Counted from the stretch's first letter, positions 40,228 through 50,926 are shown. The stretch: DNA of 64,000 bases from an uncultured bacterium (GCA_903831815.1 CAIKZC010000002.1:7244-71243), one strand, 5' to 3'. Notes: generated by a model from the letters alone, not told the origin. A program made the numbers and translations.

Positions 40228-40278
40228 ATGATGTGAGTTTATAAAATCCACTATAACACAAAATTAAATAAGCACACC

Positions 40279-41595
40279 CTATTCTTCTCCAACCTCTTCA
40301 TCCAGCTCTTTTTCAAATTCTTGCTCCATGCGACGAGGCGACAAACTGGTAAAGAAATGAAAGAGAACAATAAAAAGCGTAATCCAAAAAACACCGAGTG
40401 CCATGCCAGCTAAAACATCGGATAACCAGTGCGCATTAAGATACAATCGACTTAAACAAATTAAAAGTCCTGATAATACGCAAGCGGAAATATAAATTCG
40501 CCGCCAAACTAAATTACGAATTGAATCTTTGAAAAAATAAATGATGAGTCCAAAGAATATCACGGCCAGAGTGGCGTGACCGCTCGGAAAACTAAAGTCT
40601 GAAGTGACAACTAGTGAAAACGGCGGTCGAGCAACGTGAATTATTCTTTTCAAGATTGTAAAAGAAATTATACCGGCAAAAAGAGACGAAGGCAGAAGAG
40701 CCAAAAAAAACCAGCGACGACGATACATAAAATATCCAGCTAAAAAACATCCAACAATAGTCACATTGGTCGGTGTGGCCAGTGCGGTAATAAAAATAAA
40801 AATATTTGTGAGAAACGGTGTTCGAATATTTTGGAAGAAATTATTTAAAATCAAATCAAATCTGTGAATCCTGCTTCCAATCACAACCGACTCGGTAATT
40901 TTGGCTACGACGTAAATAGAAACGAGGTTCAGTAGAAGCGGATAGACTTGGTAACGTTGGATAATATGTTTATTCTTTTCGGTAAATCGGCTAATGAATT
41001 GATAGCTATAGATAATCAAAATGCTTAGGACAAGGGCAACAAAAAATATTACACCAAAATAACGCGACGCAACTTCGAAACCTTGTCCAAAAATAAATCC
41101 AACCAAGATATTTACGGTTGCCCACGACAAGGCGCTCAGTGCCGCAAAAGGTAAAAATAAATCAAGGTTAATATCGGCAGAACCGGCCGCAAACGGCACC
41201 ACGCACCGTGTTAGAGCGTGAAAACGGCCTCCAATAAGGGCTTTTCGAGGATGCGCTTGAAGAACTTTTTTGGCTTTTTCAAAATGAACCGGTTTAAAGA
41301 AAATATACTTTCCCATTCTGATCAAAAACTCATAACCAAATTGATTTCCTAGAAAATAAGCAGTGGTGTCACCAATAAAGGCGCCAATCGAAACAATAAT
41401 AACTGCCGGCCAAAAATGCAGAATGCCAATCTTAACAAAAAATCCGGCTGCAATTACAATCACTCCACCAGGAATTACTAACCCGACTAGAGGTAAAGAT
41501 TCGAGCAAAGAAAAAATAAAAATAATAATATAACCCCACTGCCCCAAAATAGCGAGTGGAAGATTTAAAATAGCGTCAACTAAGTGACTCAGCAT
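40279..41595 (-). CDS. DedA/VTT-PAP2 fusion membrane protein
   Basis: ES...PG...GD...Y..G (DedA); K...RP, SFPSGH, SRLYLNAHWLSD (PAP2). Confidence 0.92.
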   Translation of the reverse strand: MLSHLVDAILNLPLAILGQWGYIIIFIFSLLESLPLVGLVIPGGVIVIAAGFFVKIGILHFWPAVIIVSIGAFIGDTTAYFLGNQFGYEFLIRMGKYIFFKPVHFEKAKKVLQAHPRKALIGGRFHALTRCVVPFAAGSADINLDLFLPFAALSALSWATVNILVGFIFGQGFEVASRYFGVIFFVALVLSILIIYSYQFISRFTEKNKHIIQRYQVYPLLLNLVSIYVVAKITESVVIGSRIHRFDLILNNFFQNIRTPFLTNIFIFITALATPTNVTIVGCFLAGYFMYRRRWFFLALLPSSLFAGIISFTILKRIIHVARPPFSLVVTSDFSFPSGHATLAVIFFGLIIYFFKDSIRNLVWRRIYISACVLSGLLICLSRLYLNAHWLSDVLAGMALGVFWITLFIVLFHFFTSLSPRRMEQEFEKELDEEVGEE

Positions 41596-41619
41596 ACAAT
41601 TTTATTTTTACAAATAAAT

Positions 41620-42393
41620 TTACAAAAAAGGAATGAAGGCGAAAGCAACAATAATTCTATAAATACCAAATGAAGTAAAATTATGCGTTTTAACATAACT
41701 CAAAAACCATCTAGCGCTAAAATAAGCTGTGATAAATGCGGTAACTAGACCAACAAACAATAATCCATACTGCCCCGTTTCAAGATGAGGAGAACTTTTT
41801 ATTAACTCATAACCAGAAGCGGCAGCCATTGTCGGTACTGCCAGCAAAAAAGAAAATTCTACGATTGCCGCGCGCGAGACACCGAGCGCGCGACCAGCCA
41901 CAATCGTCGCTGCCGAACGCGAAACTCCGGGAATTATGGAAATAGCTTGAGCCAAACCGATCATGACCGCTTTGGTATAAGACATACCAGACAGTTCGGC
42001 AAGTGATTCTTGTGTCGGTTGTTTATCTTTATGAAAAATTTCAAAAAGAATGAGCAATGCTCCGCCAATTCCGAGCGCCCAAACAGCCAAAGTATTGTTG
42101 CCGAGAAAATCTTTAAATAATTTGTATAAAATTAAACCGATTATGCCGGTCGGAATAAAAGCCGCTAAAATTTTTGTCCAAACCGCACGCAAAGCGGACA
42201 TACGAGACCAATATAAAGTTACGATGGCTAAAATGGCACCGAACTGAATTACAATTTCAAAAGTTTTTAAAAAATCATTATCGATAAGACTCATTAACCT
42301 TGAAGCCATCATTAAATGTGCTGTTGAAGAGATCGGCAAAAACTCGGTTAGTCCCTCCACTGCCCCTAAAACCAACGTTTGAAGTATATGCAT
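41620..42393 (-). CDS. uppP: Undecaprenyl-diphosphate phosphatase
   Basis: EGLTEFLPISSTAH, IQFGAILA, PGVSRS. Confidence 0.97.
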   Translation of the reverse strand: MHILQTLVLGAVEGLTEFLPISSTAHLMMASRLMSLIDNDFLKTFEIVIQFGAILAIVTLYWSRMSALRAVWTKILAAFIPTGIIGLILYKLFKDFLGNNTLAVWALGIGGALLILFEIFHKDKQPTQESLAELSGMSYTKAVMIGLAQAISIIPGVSRSAATIVAGRALGVSRAAIVEFSFLLAVPTMAAASGYELIKSSPHLETGQYGLLFVGLVTAFITAYFSARWFLSYVKTHNFTSFGIYRIIVAFAFIPFL

Positions 42394-42536
42394 AGGCATA
42401 AAGTATACAATCAGAATGGCAATCAAGCAACATTGTGTTATTGTGAAAAATTATCATTGCTCCGCAGGTATAAAAATTGATATACTTTTATTCACCTAAG
42501 AAAAAGCAAAATTTATTAACCAATATTTTTTCACGT

Positions 42537-44867
42537 ATGAGTCCAACGACAAAAGCGGAAATAAAAAAAATTTCCAAGGCAGCAGATCTTATAAAAACGA
42601 TCCAAAAACGAGACGGTTCGCTTGTCGATTTTAATTTTGAAAAAATTGTTATTGCAATTAACAAGGCGATGAATGCTGTCGGTGAAGGTTCCGAGGACGA
42701 AGCCCGTATTGTCGCCACCAGAGTACTTTCCGAACTCGTGCGCATCAAGAAAAAATTCAAAAATTTCGTCCCGACCGTCGAAGGCGAACAGGATATCATC
42801 GAAAAAGAACTTATTTTAAGTGAATACGTGAAAACCGCTAAAGCTTACATTCTTTACCGCGAAGAAAGAAACAGAATTCGAGAAAAAAGACTCGAAGTTC
42901 CTGAAAATGTAAAAAAAATGGCGGAAGAAAGCAAAAAATACTTCCGCAACTCGCTCGGTGAATTCGTTTACTACCGATCTTACTCAAAATGGATCGACGA
43001 AGAAAATCGCCGAGAAACTTGGATTGAAACAGTCGATCGATATATTGCGTTCATGAAAGAAAATTTGGGCAACAAACTCAAAGACACCGAATACAAAGAG
43101 GTTCGTGAGGCGATTTTAAAACACGAGGCAATGCCATCGATGAGACTTTTGCAATTTGCCGGCAAAGCGGCTCGCGCGACGAACGTTTGCGCATACAATT
43201 GTTCGTTCATCGCTCCGACATCTTTTCAAGACCTCGCCGAGATCATGTACATTTCCATGTGTGGAGCCGGATCTGGCTGGGCAGTAGAAAGCACCAATGT
43301 TCAAAAATTTCCACAGATCGAGCCTCAGACCGGCGAAAAACTTCCGACATTTGTCATTCCCGATAGCAAGGAAGGTTGGGCCGACTCGCTTACTCTCGGT
43401 ATGAAGACTTGGGCCAGCGGCAAAGACATTGCTTTTGACTATTCACAACTTCGACCGGCAGGAGCACGACTTGCAACCATGGGAGGAAAATCATCCGGTC
43501 CTGCACCACTCATGAGACTTCACAATTTTACCCGCGACACAATGATGTTAAGACAAGGTAAACGTCTACGAAACATCGATGTACATGACATTATATGTAT
43601 GATTGGTGATTGTGTCGTTTCCGGTGGAGTTAGACGAAGCGCCATGATCTCGCTCTCCGACCTCGATGATGCCGAAATTCGAGATTCAAAGAAAGGTGCC
43701 TTCTACGTTGCTCATGGACACAGAATGTTGGCTAATAACTCGGCTGTTTATATCAATAAACCAAGTAATGAAGACTTCCTTAAAGAATGGATGGCTCTCA
43801 TTGAAAGTCACTCGGGAGAACGCGGTATTTTCAATCGAGGATCATTGGCTAAAACACTGCCGGAGAGACGTATAAAGGTCTTGAAACAATATAAAGGATA
43901 TTTTGACGCTTCAGGACAAAATATCATTGGACCGATCGGCACCAATCCTTGCGGAGAGATCATTTTGCAATCAAAACAGTTCTGTAACTTGTCCGAGATC
44001 GTCGCTCGAGCCGAAGATACCGAAAAAACTTTGTTAAAGAAAATGCGTATAGCCACGATCATCGGAACCTACCAATCATCTCTCACTTTCTTCCCTTACC
44101 TTTCAAAACAATGGCAAGAAAATTGCGAGAAAGAAAGATTACTGGGAGTTTCCGTAACAGGTCAATGGGATTCGCCTGTTGCTCGCAAACCGGAAGTTTT
44201 GAAAAAACTCCGCGAAGAAGCCATAAAACAAAATAAATTGTTCGCAAAAAGATTCGGTGTTGGCGAATCAACCGCCATCACTTGCGTAAAACCATCCGGG
44301 ACTCTTTCACAAACCGTTGATTGCTCATCCGGCATGCATCCACGACATTCTCCTTACTATATCCGACGTGTTCGCATCAGCGCCACCGACTCATTGTTCA
44401 AAATGCTTCGCGATCAAGGTGTACCCTATTTCCCGGAAGTTGGACAAACAATGGAAAATGCTTCAACTTATGTTTTGGAATTCCCTGTCGCCGCTCCGGC
44501 CGGTTCGATTTATAAAAACGACATTAGCGCCATTGATCAACTTGAGCACTGGAAGATCGTAAAAGTAAATTACACCGAACACAATCCATCCGTAACGGTT
44601 TCAGTTGGCGATAATGAATGGATCGAAGTAGCAAATTGGGTTTACAAAAATTGGGACATTGTCGGAGGTCTTTCATTCCTTCCACGAGACAATCACGTCT
44701 ATCAACTTGCCCCGTATGAAGCTATCGACAAGAAACGATACGAGGAACTTTCAAAACGACTTGAACACATCGATTACTCAAAGATCATTTCTTACGAGAA
44801 GAAAAATGAGCAAGATCTAAAGAGAGAGTTGGCGTGTGCGGGAGGTGTTTGTGAGACAGCATTATAA
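42537..44867 (+). CDS. nrdJ: Class II (adenosylcobalamin-dependent) ribonucleotide reductase with ATP cone
   Basis: IQKRDG ATP cone; AYNC, TNPCGE, KPSGT, C-term CAGGVC; no class I C-terminal YY motif and no nrdB nearby. Confidence 0.88.
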   Translation: MSPTTKAEIKKISKAADLIKTIQKRDGSLVDFNFEKIVIAINKAMNAVGEGSEDEARIVATRVLSELVRIKKKFKNFVPTVEGEQDIIEKELILSEYVKTAKAYILYREERNRIREKRLEVPENVKKMAEESKKYFRNSLGEFVYYRSYSKWIDEENRRETWIETVDRYIAFMKENLGNKLKDTEYKEVREAILKHEAMPSMRLLQFAGKAARATNVCAYNCSFIAPTSFQDLAEIMYISMCGAGSGWAVESTNVQKFPQIEPQTGEKLPTFVIPDSKEGWADSLTLGMKTWASGKDIAFDYSQLRPAGARLATMGGKSSGPAPLMRLHNFTRDTMMLRQGKRLRNIDVHDIICMIGDCVVSGGVRRSAMISLSDLDDAEIRDSKKGAFYVAHGHRMLANNSAVYINKPSNEDFLKEWMALIESHSGERGIFNRGSLAKTLPERRIKVLKQYKGYFDASGQNIIGPIGTNPCGEIILQSKQFCNLSEIVARAEDTEKTLLKKMRIATIIGTYQSSLTFFPYLSKQWQENCEKERLLGVSVTGQWDSPVARKPEVLKKLREEAIKQNKLFAKRFGVGESTAITCVKPSGTLSQTVDCSSGMHPRHSPYYIRRVRISATDSLFKMLRDQGVPYFPEVGQTMENASTYVLEFPVAAPAGSIYKNDISAIDQLEHWKIVKVNYTEHNPSVTVSVGDNEWIEVANWVYKNWDIVGGLSFLPRDNHVYQLAPYEAIDKKRYEELSKRLEHIDYSKIISYEKKNEQDLKRELACAGGVCETAL

Positions 44868-44885
44868 GAAATAATAGCTGTAAAA

Positions 44886-44998
44886 AGAAAAAGTAAAAAG
44901 CAGTTTTGTGGGCACAGGTAAATTTCCTGCTGGAAATTTCCTTCACACTCGGCCCGTCGGCCTCCGTGAGTCCCTCAAAACTGCTTTTTACTTTTTCT
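44886..44998 (+). repeat. Structured dispersed repeat, copy 4
   Basis: Core 44910-44974 with GCGC/GCGC changed to GGCC/GGCC; 23-bp flanking IR. Confidence 0.92.
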
Positions 44999-45565
44999 CT
45001 ACACACCTAGTGCTTGTGATGCCGAAGCTATCAAATAAATACCGATAAAGTTGAGGATCAAGGTCATAGGGATCAAATAGCGGGTTTTCATTTTTGAAAT
45101 TCCCATCAAACTGAGACCGATCTCGTCCGGCAGAGGAGAAATGATCACCACTGCTCCTACAAGCGGCCCGAACCATCGTAAAAAAGTAAAATGCGTCTTG
45201 CTTAAAATCTTCTTAAATCTTGAATCCTTGATCGCCCCCCTTACATCTTCGGAAAAAACATCTCGAATAAAATAAAAAATAATCAAGTCGCCGAGCATGG
45301 CGCCAAAAGCCCCCCATGCAGCCAGAGTAAAAGGGTCGATGCTTTTGGAAAGATGGGCAATGGCGATAGATGCTGGTGAGATTGTAAAAATACTTGTCCA
45401 AAAAAGTCCGGCGATAAAACTTTCAACAACAGACCATCCTTGCGAAACACTCAAAATTTTATCCAGAACACCAAATCTCACCAAAAAAATCGTGAACACG
45501 ATACTTAGACCCAAAATAAACATGTCACGTCGAAGATTTTTGTAGTAATCGATCTTTTTGATCAT
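44999..45565 (-). CDS. Membrane protein (VTT/SNARE-associated-like)
   Basis: Several TMs; GA.GAMLGD, SPLPDEIG. Confidence 0.8.
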   Translation of the reverse strand: MIKKIDYYKNLRRDMFILGLSIVFTIFLVRFGVLDKILSVSQGWSVVESFIAGLFWTSIFTISPASIAIAHLSKSIDPFTLAAWGAFGAMLGDLIIFYFIRDVFSEDVRGAIKDSRFKKILSKTHFTFLRWFGPLVGAVVIISPLPDEIGLSLMGISKMKTRYLIPMTLILNFIGIYLIASASQALGV

Positions 45566-45840
45566 GCAGAAAGTATACCATAAAGAACTTTGTGTCAGCG
45601 CATTTGTCTTTATCCAACACCTGTCAAGGAGAGATCGAAAAAGTTGTGCACTTCACTAAAATAAAAACATTGAAAAAGACTCAAACGGGGCTTAATGAAA
45701 GCTGTTTAGAACTTTATTCACTTGTTATTAACATCTTACTCACATAAAAAGACTTGACTAAAAAAGGTCGGGGTTATACTTACAACACGCCCGAAGCCTC
45801 AAAAGGAGGGTTAAATAAAATTAATAATAATTAATAAAAA

Positions 45841-46041
45841 ATGAGAAAAACAATAATCAAAGCGACAAGTTATGTTTATGAGCATCTCACAAATGTTCTA
45901 TCAAAGGGTTTGCAGACGGCAATCCCGAAGGATGTTTTGGAGAAGGAGGGTTTGGACGTTGACGAGCTTAGCGAATATTTTTACACTAAGCGCGGACCTT
46001 ATGGACTTATTCATTTCTTGGGCATAAGAAAAGCAATTTAG
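45841..46041 (+). CDS. Small hypothetical protein
   Basis: ATG ORF downstream of TTGACT-N16-TATACT. Confidence 0.55.
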   Translation: MRKTIIKATSYVYEHLTNVLSKGLQTAIPKDVLEKEGLDVDELSEYFYTKRGPYGLIHFLGIRKAI

Positions 46042-46078
46042 GATTGAAGGTTAAAATTATTAGCTAACCTTAAATAAC

Positions 46079-46270
46079 ATGTGGCAAAATTGGGTAAACG
46101 CAATTCTTGGTCTCTGGATAATGCTCTCGTCGTTCTTAGGTATGAGCTTGAGCGCCATGATGACTAACTTATTGATCGTTGGTGCGGTAATTGCAATCTT
46201 GGGGTTCTGGGGGGCATATAGTGCAAGTCGTACATATGACTCATCGGAAAGTAGACATATGCATGCATAA
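46079..46270 (+). CDS. SPW-repeat-like small membrane protein
   Basis: WQNWVNAILGLW..LS.F...N..IVG. Confidence 0.75.
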   Translation: MWQNWVNAILGLWIMLSSFLGMSLSAMMTNLLIVGAVIAILGFWGAYSASRTYDSSESRHMHA

Positions 46271-46298
46271 GATCAAAGTGCAGAAAAGATAGAGAAGA

Positions 46299-46411
46299 AA
46301 AAAGTAGAAAAGCAGCTCTCGAAGCACACGGAAATCGCCTTACTGGCGATTTCCTTATCCTCGCGCCAGTCGCGCTGCGGAGTGCTTCTGCGAGTTGCTT
46401 TTCTACTTTTT
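46299..46411 (+). repeat. Structured dispersed repeat, divergent copy 5
   Basis: gaagcac...ggaaatcgcc-ttact-ggcgatttcc...ctcgcgc-cagtc-gcgct...gtgcttc inside a ~20-bp IR with one G-T pair. Confidence 0.8.
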
Positions 46412-47546
46412 AGTTTTTCTTATAGTATTTCTTGCCTTTCAATTTCTCCGGCAATAAGTCTTCCTTGGTATATTTCTCATAACCTTTTCCGTAATCAAGA
46501 TCTTTCATGAGTTTAGTTGGAGCATTCAGAATATTTAAAGGTATTGGCAAATTACCGAATTTTTTAGCGTCATCCAAAGCAGTCATGTAGGCATAATATG
46601 CCGACTTGTTTTTTGGCGCTTGTGAAAGATATACGACACCATGTCCCAAATTGATTCCCGCTTCGGGATATCCTATCGTCTCTACTGCTCTAAACACCGC
46701 ATTGGCCAACACCAAAGCGTGAGGGTCTTCCATACCGACATCTTCACTGGCAAAAATCACCATGCGCCGAGCAATAAATTTTGGGTCCTCCCCCGCTTCG
46801 ACCATACGAGCCAGATAATACAGCGCCGCATCCGGTTGACTGGCTCGCATGCTTTTTATAAAAGCGCTGATGGTGTTGTAGTGTTCATCGCCTTTTTTGT
46901 CATAACGCAAATATTTCGATTGCAGAGATTTCTTGAAATTTTCTATTGTCATCTCTCCGTACAATCTTTCGGTATTTTCGATCAAAGCGATAGCTTGTCG
47001 AGCATCACCACCCGATGCCGCCACGAGCCAATCCTCCACCTCTTTCGAAATATCAAAACCTGTACGTCCGATAATTGTTTTTATTTCATTCTCGGCCAAT
47101 TCGTTGAGCACAAAAACTTGGCAACGCGAGAGAAGTGCCGGGATAACTTCAAAACTCGGATTTTCGGTCGTTGCACCGATTAAAGTCAATTTACCGGATT
47201 CAACATAAGGCAAAAGAAAATCTTGTTGAGCTTTATTAAATCGATGAATCTCATCGAGAAACAATATTTTGGCGCCAAAAAGTCCGGCCGGTGCATTCAC
47301 GATTTCTCGAATATCATCTTTTCCGGCCGACACCGCCGAGAGCTCATGATATTCAGCCTTGAGCGATTTGGCGTATATTCTAGCCAACGTCGTCTTGCCG
47401 ACTCCGGGCGGTCCCCATAAAATAAAAGAGAAAAGATGTTTTTTGGCCACAGCAACGCCGATCGGTTTATCATCCCCGACCAAATGTTCCTGCCCGACAA
47501 ATTCAGAAAGGTCTTTCGGCCGTATCTTTGAAGCCAGCGGTTCCAT
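46410..47546 (-). CDS. rarA: Replication-associated recombination protein A
   Basis: [43 protein letters not shown]. Confidence 0.97.
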   Translation of the reverse strand: MEPLASKIRPKDLSEFVGQEHLVGDDKPIGVAVAKKHLFSFILWGPPGVGKTTLARIYAKSLKAEYHELSAVSAGKDDIREIVNAPAGLFGAKILFLDEIHRFNKAQQDFLLPYVESGKLTLIGATTENPSFEVIPALLSRCQVFVLNELAENEIKTIIGRTGFDISKEVEDWLVAASGGDARQAIALIENTERLYGEMTIENFKKSLQSKYLRYDKKGDEHYNTISAFIKSMRASQPDAALYYLARMVEAGEDPKFIARRMVIFASEDVGMEDPHALVLANAVFRAVETIGYPEAGINLGHGVVYLSQAPKNKSAYYAYMTALDDAKKFGNLPIPLNILNAPTKLMKDLDYGKGYEKYTKEDLLPEKLKGKKYYKKN

Positions 47547-47567
47547 ACCTATATTATACGCCTCTCG

Positions 47568-47714
47568 CTAAATTAATCTCCTCTTTTTCTTATGAAGAAA
47601 TTCCAAGTCGCGAAGACGTTTTAGAGCCTCAAGACGCGTGCCGGAAGGACCACCAAGGTTCTTGCGAAGCCTTTCCGAAATGACGTAATATCCATTGCCT
47701 TTTTTAATAATCAT
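47568..47714 (-). CDS. Small basic protein (48 aa)
   Basis: MIIKKGNGYYVISE..KNLGGP....EA.KRL...EF; purine-rich SD-like sequence upstream. Confidence 0.6.
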   Translation of the reverse strand: MIIKKGNGYYVISERLRKNLGGPSGTRLEALKRLRDLEFLHKKKRRLI

Positions 47715-47821
47715 AACGATACCCTGCCGTTTGCCAGGTGGAGAAATTACAACCAAAAAGAAGAGCTGGCGTAACGAAACGACAGCTCTGACAAATCGAC
47801 GATCGACAGCGAGCGAGGTCG

Positions 47822-48079
47822 TTATTGGACCGAACGCCTTTCTAACGTAATCTCGGCCTCCTTGGAACTTAACAGTTTCCATTCTGAGACGGAAAGATAT
47901 GGTCGCATACAATGAATCACTTCTTTGAGACTCAATCCCGTTTCCCCGATAAAACTCTCTGCCACTAGGACCAGCCCTCTTGATAATCCGGAGGATATAT
48001 CAATACGAGCAAATCTTTCATCTATTGAAGCTCGGTCAATCTTAACCCCAGTCTTGTTAGCTGACGGTAGTTCAGACAT
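47822..48079 (-). CDS. Hypothetical protein
   Basis: AAGGGGGG SD; terminator hairpin at ~47756-47790. Confidence 0.5.
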   Translation of the reverse strand: MSELPSANKTGVKIDRASIDERFARIDISSGLSRGLVLVAESFIGETGLSLKEVIHCMRPYLSVSEWKLLSSKEAEITLERRSVQ

Positions 48080-48137
48080 AATCCCCCCCTTCATGTACTT
48101 CTAATACTAGGCCGTAAGACGAATACTACCCTTACAC

Positions 48138-50900
48138 TTACACCGGTTTAGCAACAATAGGCTCAGGTTTTTTGGAATATTTTTCGGCAATGTCGGCTTC
48201 GATTTCGGCGCGGTCGCGACCAAATTTTAGGAATGAAAGTTCTTTGAGAGCATCAAGGTGATCTTTTGAATTTACTGGTGGTGGTAAAGTTTCAATATTG
48301 AATGGTTTAACCGGACGGCCATCAACCAACAATTTTACGTAAGCATTTCGATTGTCGATGTTCATGATATCGGCGGCGAGAAACGGTTCAAATTGTTTGG
48401 CTAAAAACTCGGCATCTTCGGCACCGGTTCTAAAGGCGGCAATGGAGCCGACGTTACCGAACACGGCGTCACGAATATTTTCTTCAAGTTGAGCGATAAA
48501 TTGATGAGCAACGGTCAGCGACAATTTATACTTACGAGCTTCTGAAAGAATTGTGGCAATCGAGTCGGTGGTGACGTTTTGGAACTCATCGATATACAAA
48601 TAAAACGGTGGCAAATTTTTATCAACTGAATCAACTCGCGAAAGTGCAGACATCAAGATCTTGCCAACTAAAATGAGACCAATCAAATTGGCATTAATAT
48701 CACCGAGTCTACCTTTAGCCAAATTAACCAATAATATTTTTTTACCATCCATAACCTCACGGAAATTGAACGATGATTTCTGCTGTGAAATGATCGGCCG
48801 CATAATGTCGTTAGAAAGAAATACATCAAACTTGCTAGTGATATAAGGCACAATGTTGGCCAGCGACGCTTCCCCACCGGCTTTATCAGCCACCTCTTTC
48901 CAAAACTGAACCACAATCGGATTTTTGCAATGCGAAAGTTTCATTTCGCGGAAAGGTTTGTTGGCCAAAACTTTGGAAACATCGAGTAACGTATTCCCCG
49001 TTTCCGGATCTTCCATGACAAGCAAGACAGCATTTCTAAAATATTGTTCGAACATCGGACCGCCAGCCACTTTCATATCAAACAATTTATTGAAAATACT
49101 GAGCATCTCGTTGACCACAAAAGTTTTTTGCTCCGGATGATTTATATCGTACTCAAGCATGTTGATGGCCATTGGCCGCGCACTTTGACTTGGATCAAAA
49201 TAAATAACATCTTCGTAACGCTCTTTTGGCACAGCCGCCAAGACATCCAAAATATCAATGCCATGAGGGTCAATCATACAAACTCCGGCGCCTTGCTGAA
49301 TATCCTGAATAATCATGTTTTTGAGCATGGTTGATTTACCTGTTCCGGTCTGTCCAATGACATACAAGTGACGCAAACGGTCCTCAGCGGTCATATAGAC
49401 CTTAGTTTCAACGTTGCGGTGTCTATTAACCCCCATGAGCGTTCCAGAAGTCGGCATACCAACCGGTGCCGGAGCAGAGCCGGATTTTGCCTGTCGCAAT
49501 TGCGGAGCAGCATTACCAGTCGTTTGAAAGTGCATCAGCGAAGCCAGTTCGTGAATGTTGAGAGGAATTGATTCATCTTCATCAAAAATTCTAAAAGAAA
49601 AATCATGCAAGACGGCGTTGGTGGCGGACGTTTTCACTCGTTTAAATTTCAAACCGTTACCGAGCGTATTGTTGAACTGATTAAATGTCGCCTCAATTTC
49701 AGCCAGGATTTTTTCGGCATCAATTTCCGTTTGACCGGAAACCACAATTTTAATTGAAACTTCGACGATTGGATTGGAAACTTTTTTGGTTACAAGCTCG
49801 ATAGCTTGATCATCCATTTTTAACGGTTCTTTTTTCTCTTCTTCGTCTTTCTTTTTTTCGGTTTTAGCAAAAACGTCTCTTAATCCTTTCCAAACTTCGC
49901 CACCTATTGAATCCGGAACGTCCAACGCATCTTTTGTTTTTACCCCTTTGTGGAGTTGTTTCAATGCACCGCTGTAAAGTTTTACATAATGATCATCAGC
50001 CGGCCTGACCATCACCTGCAAACTGGCGCCCTCACCTATTTTCTTAATCTTGGAAAAACTATTTAAAATAATATTAAGTGGATCGTATTCAAATTCTTCA
50101 TAAGTCTTGATTGGATAGATGGATTTACCAGAAGATACAGCATACGAAACAACCGATACACCGGCTTCATCAAAAACATTGTAGTCGCCTGAAACTTCAA
50201 TAATTTTGGCATTAGGGAAAATAGCCAAAAGTTGTTTTTCAAAAAGATCTTTTTTGACATCCGGTACGGAAACATAAAATATCGATTCTTCGCTGTGATT
50301 TGGATTGGCGATTTCCAGAGAAAAATAATTGTCCTCAGCATTTTTGCCACCAGCAATCGAAAGCATGCCGGCATAAAACTGTTCCATTGAACCGATAAAT
50401 TCTTTCAATGTTTTCTCTTCAGACTGTTTATCGCCTTTGGGTAGTGCAATTTCAAAAAGCGTCATGTGCAAAGCCTTATACAAAGTGCTTTTATCTTTCA
50501 AACCATCTAAAGGAAAACCCTGTTTCAAATATTGCACCAAAAAGCGATGAAAATCGTCATCAATATGAGGATCATTTAACTTTTCGATAACGGAAAGTGT
50601 GTTCCAGATCCCCTTCTCCTGAAGGAGACCCAGTAATTCGGCAATTTTTTCATCATGTTCCTCCGGCTCTAAATCAAGGACGATTTTCTCGATTTTTTTA
50701 TCCGAGAGCTGCATTTTAGGATGCAAAACTTCGTTGATTGGCTGTTTTTTATATTCCTCAACTGTTTTTTGAACCAAAGAATGCATCTCTTGTCGCGTTT
50801 CGGCCGTGCTGGCGTGTTCATAGACTTTGGCCCGCAAATATTCAAGTTCTTCTTCCGGAGTTTTAAATACCGGTATTTCGTTTGTTTGAAGTTTCTCCAT
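48138..50900 (-). CDS. TraG/TraD-HerA-like P-loop ATPase (type IV secretion coupling-protein-like)
   Basis: DRLRHLYVIGQTGTGKS, IDPHG, LYIDEFQN, ILSEARKY...AHQ. Confidence 0.9.
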   Translation of the reverse strand: MEKLQTNEIPVFKTPEEELEYLRAKVYEHASTAETRQEMHSLVQKTVEEYKKQPINEVLHPKMQLSDKKIEKIVLDLEPEEHDEKIAELLGLLQEKGIWNTLSVIEKLNDPHIDDDFHRFLVQYLKQGFPLDGLKDKSTLYKALHMTLFEIALPKGDKQSEEKTLKEFIGSMEQFYAGMLSIAGGKNAEDNYFSLEIANPNHSEESIFYVSVPDVKKDLFEKQLLAIFPNAKIIEVSGDYNVFDEAGVSVVSYAVSSGKSIYPIKTYEEFEYDPLNIILNSFSKIKKIGEGASLQVMVRPADDHYVKLYSGALKQLHKGVKTKDALDVPDSIGGEVWKGLRDVFAKTEKKKDEEEKKEPLKMDDQAIELVTKKVSNPIVEVSIKIVVSGQTEIDAEKILAEIEATFNQFNNTLGNGLKFKRVKTSATNAVLHDFSFRIFDEDESIPLNIHELASLMHFQTTGNAAPQLRQAKSGSAPAPVGMPTSGTLMGVNRHRNVETKVYMTAEDRLRHLYVIGQTGTGKSTMLKNMIIQDIQQGAGVCMIDPHGIDILDVLAAVPKERYEDVIYFDPSQSARPMAINMLEYDINHPEQKTFVVNEMLSIFNKLFDMKVAGGPMFEQYFRNAVLLVMEDPETGNTLLDVSKVLANKPFREMKLSHCKNPIVVQFWKEVADKAGGEASLANIVPYITSKFDVFLSNDIMRPIISQQKSSFNFREVMDGKKILLVNLAKGRLGDINANLIGLILVGKILMSALSRVDSVDKNLPPFYLYIDEFQNVTTDSIATILSEARKYKLSLTVAHQFIAQLEENIRDAVFGNVGSIAAFRTGAEDAEFLAKQFEPFLAADIMNIDNRNAYVKLLVDGRPVKPFNIETLPPPVNSKDHLDALKELSFLKFGRDRAEIEADIAEKYSKKPEPIVAKPV

Positions 50901-50926
50901 AGGTTTATTATATCCTACCGTCGAGA

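Noticed and set aside
10152-46411. Structured repeats read as a CRISPR array or integron attC sites
   Set aside because: They are dispersed kilobases apart with no spacer periodicity, no cas or integrase genes, and no RYYYAAC/GTTRRRY ends
48138-50900. Conjugative element or ICE
   Set aside because: The ATPase is isolated, with no relaxase, integrase or other T4SS genes nearby; such ATPases are common chromosomal genes in CPR
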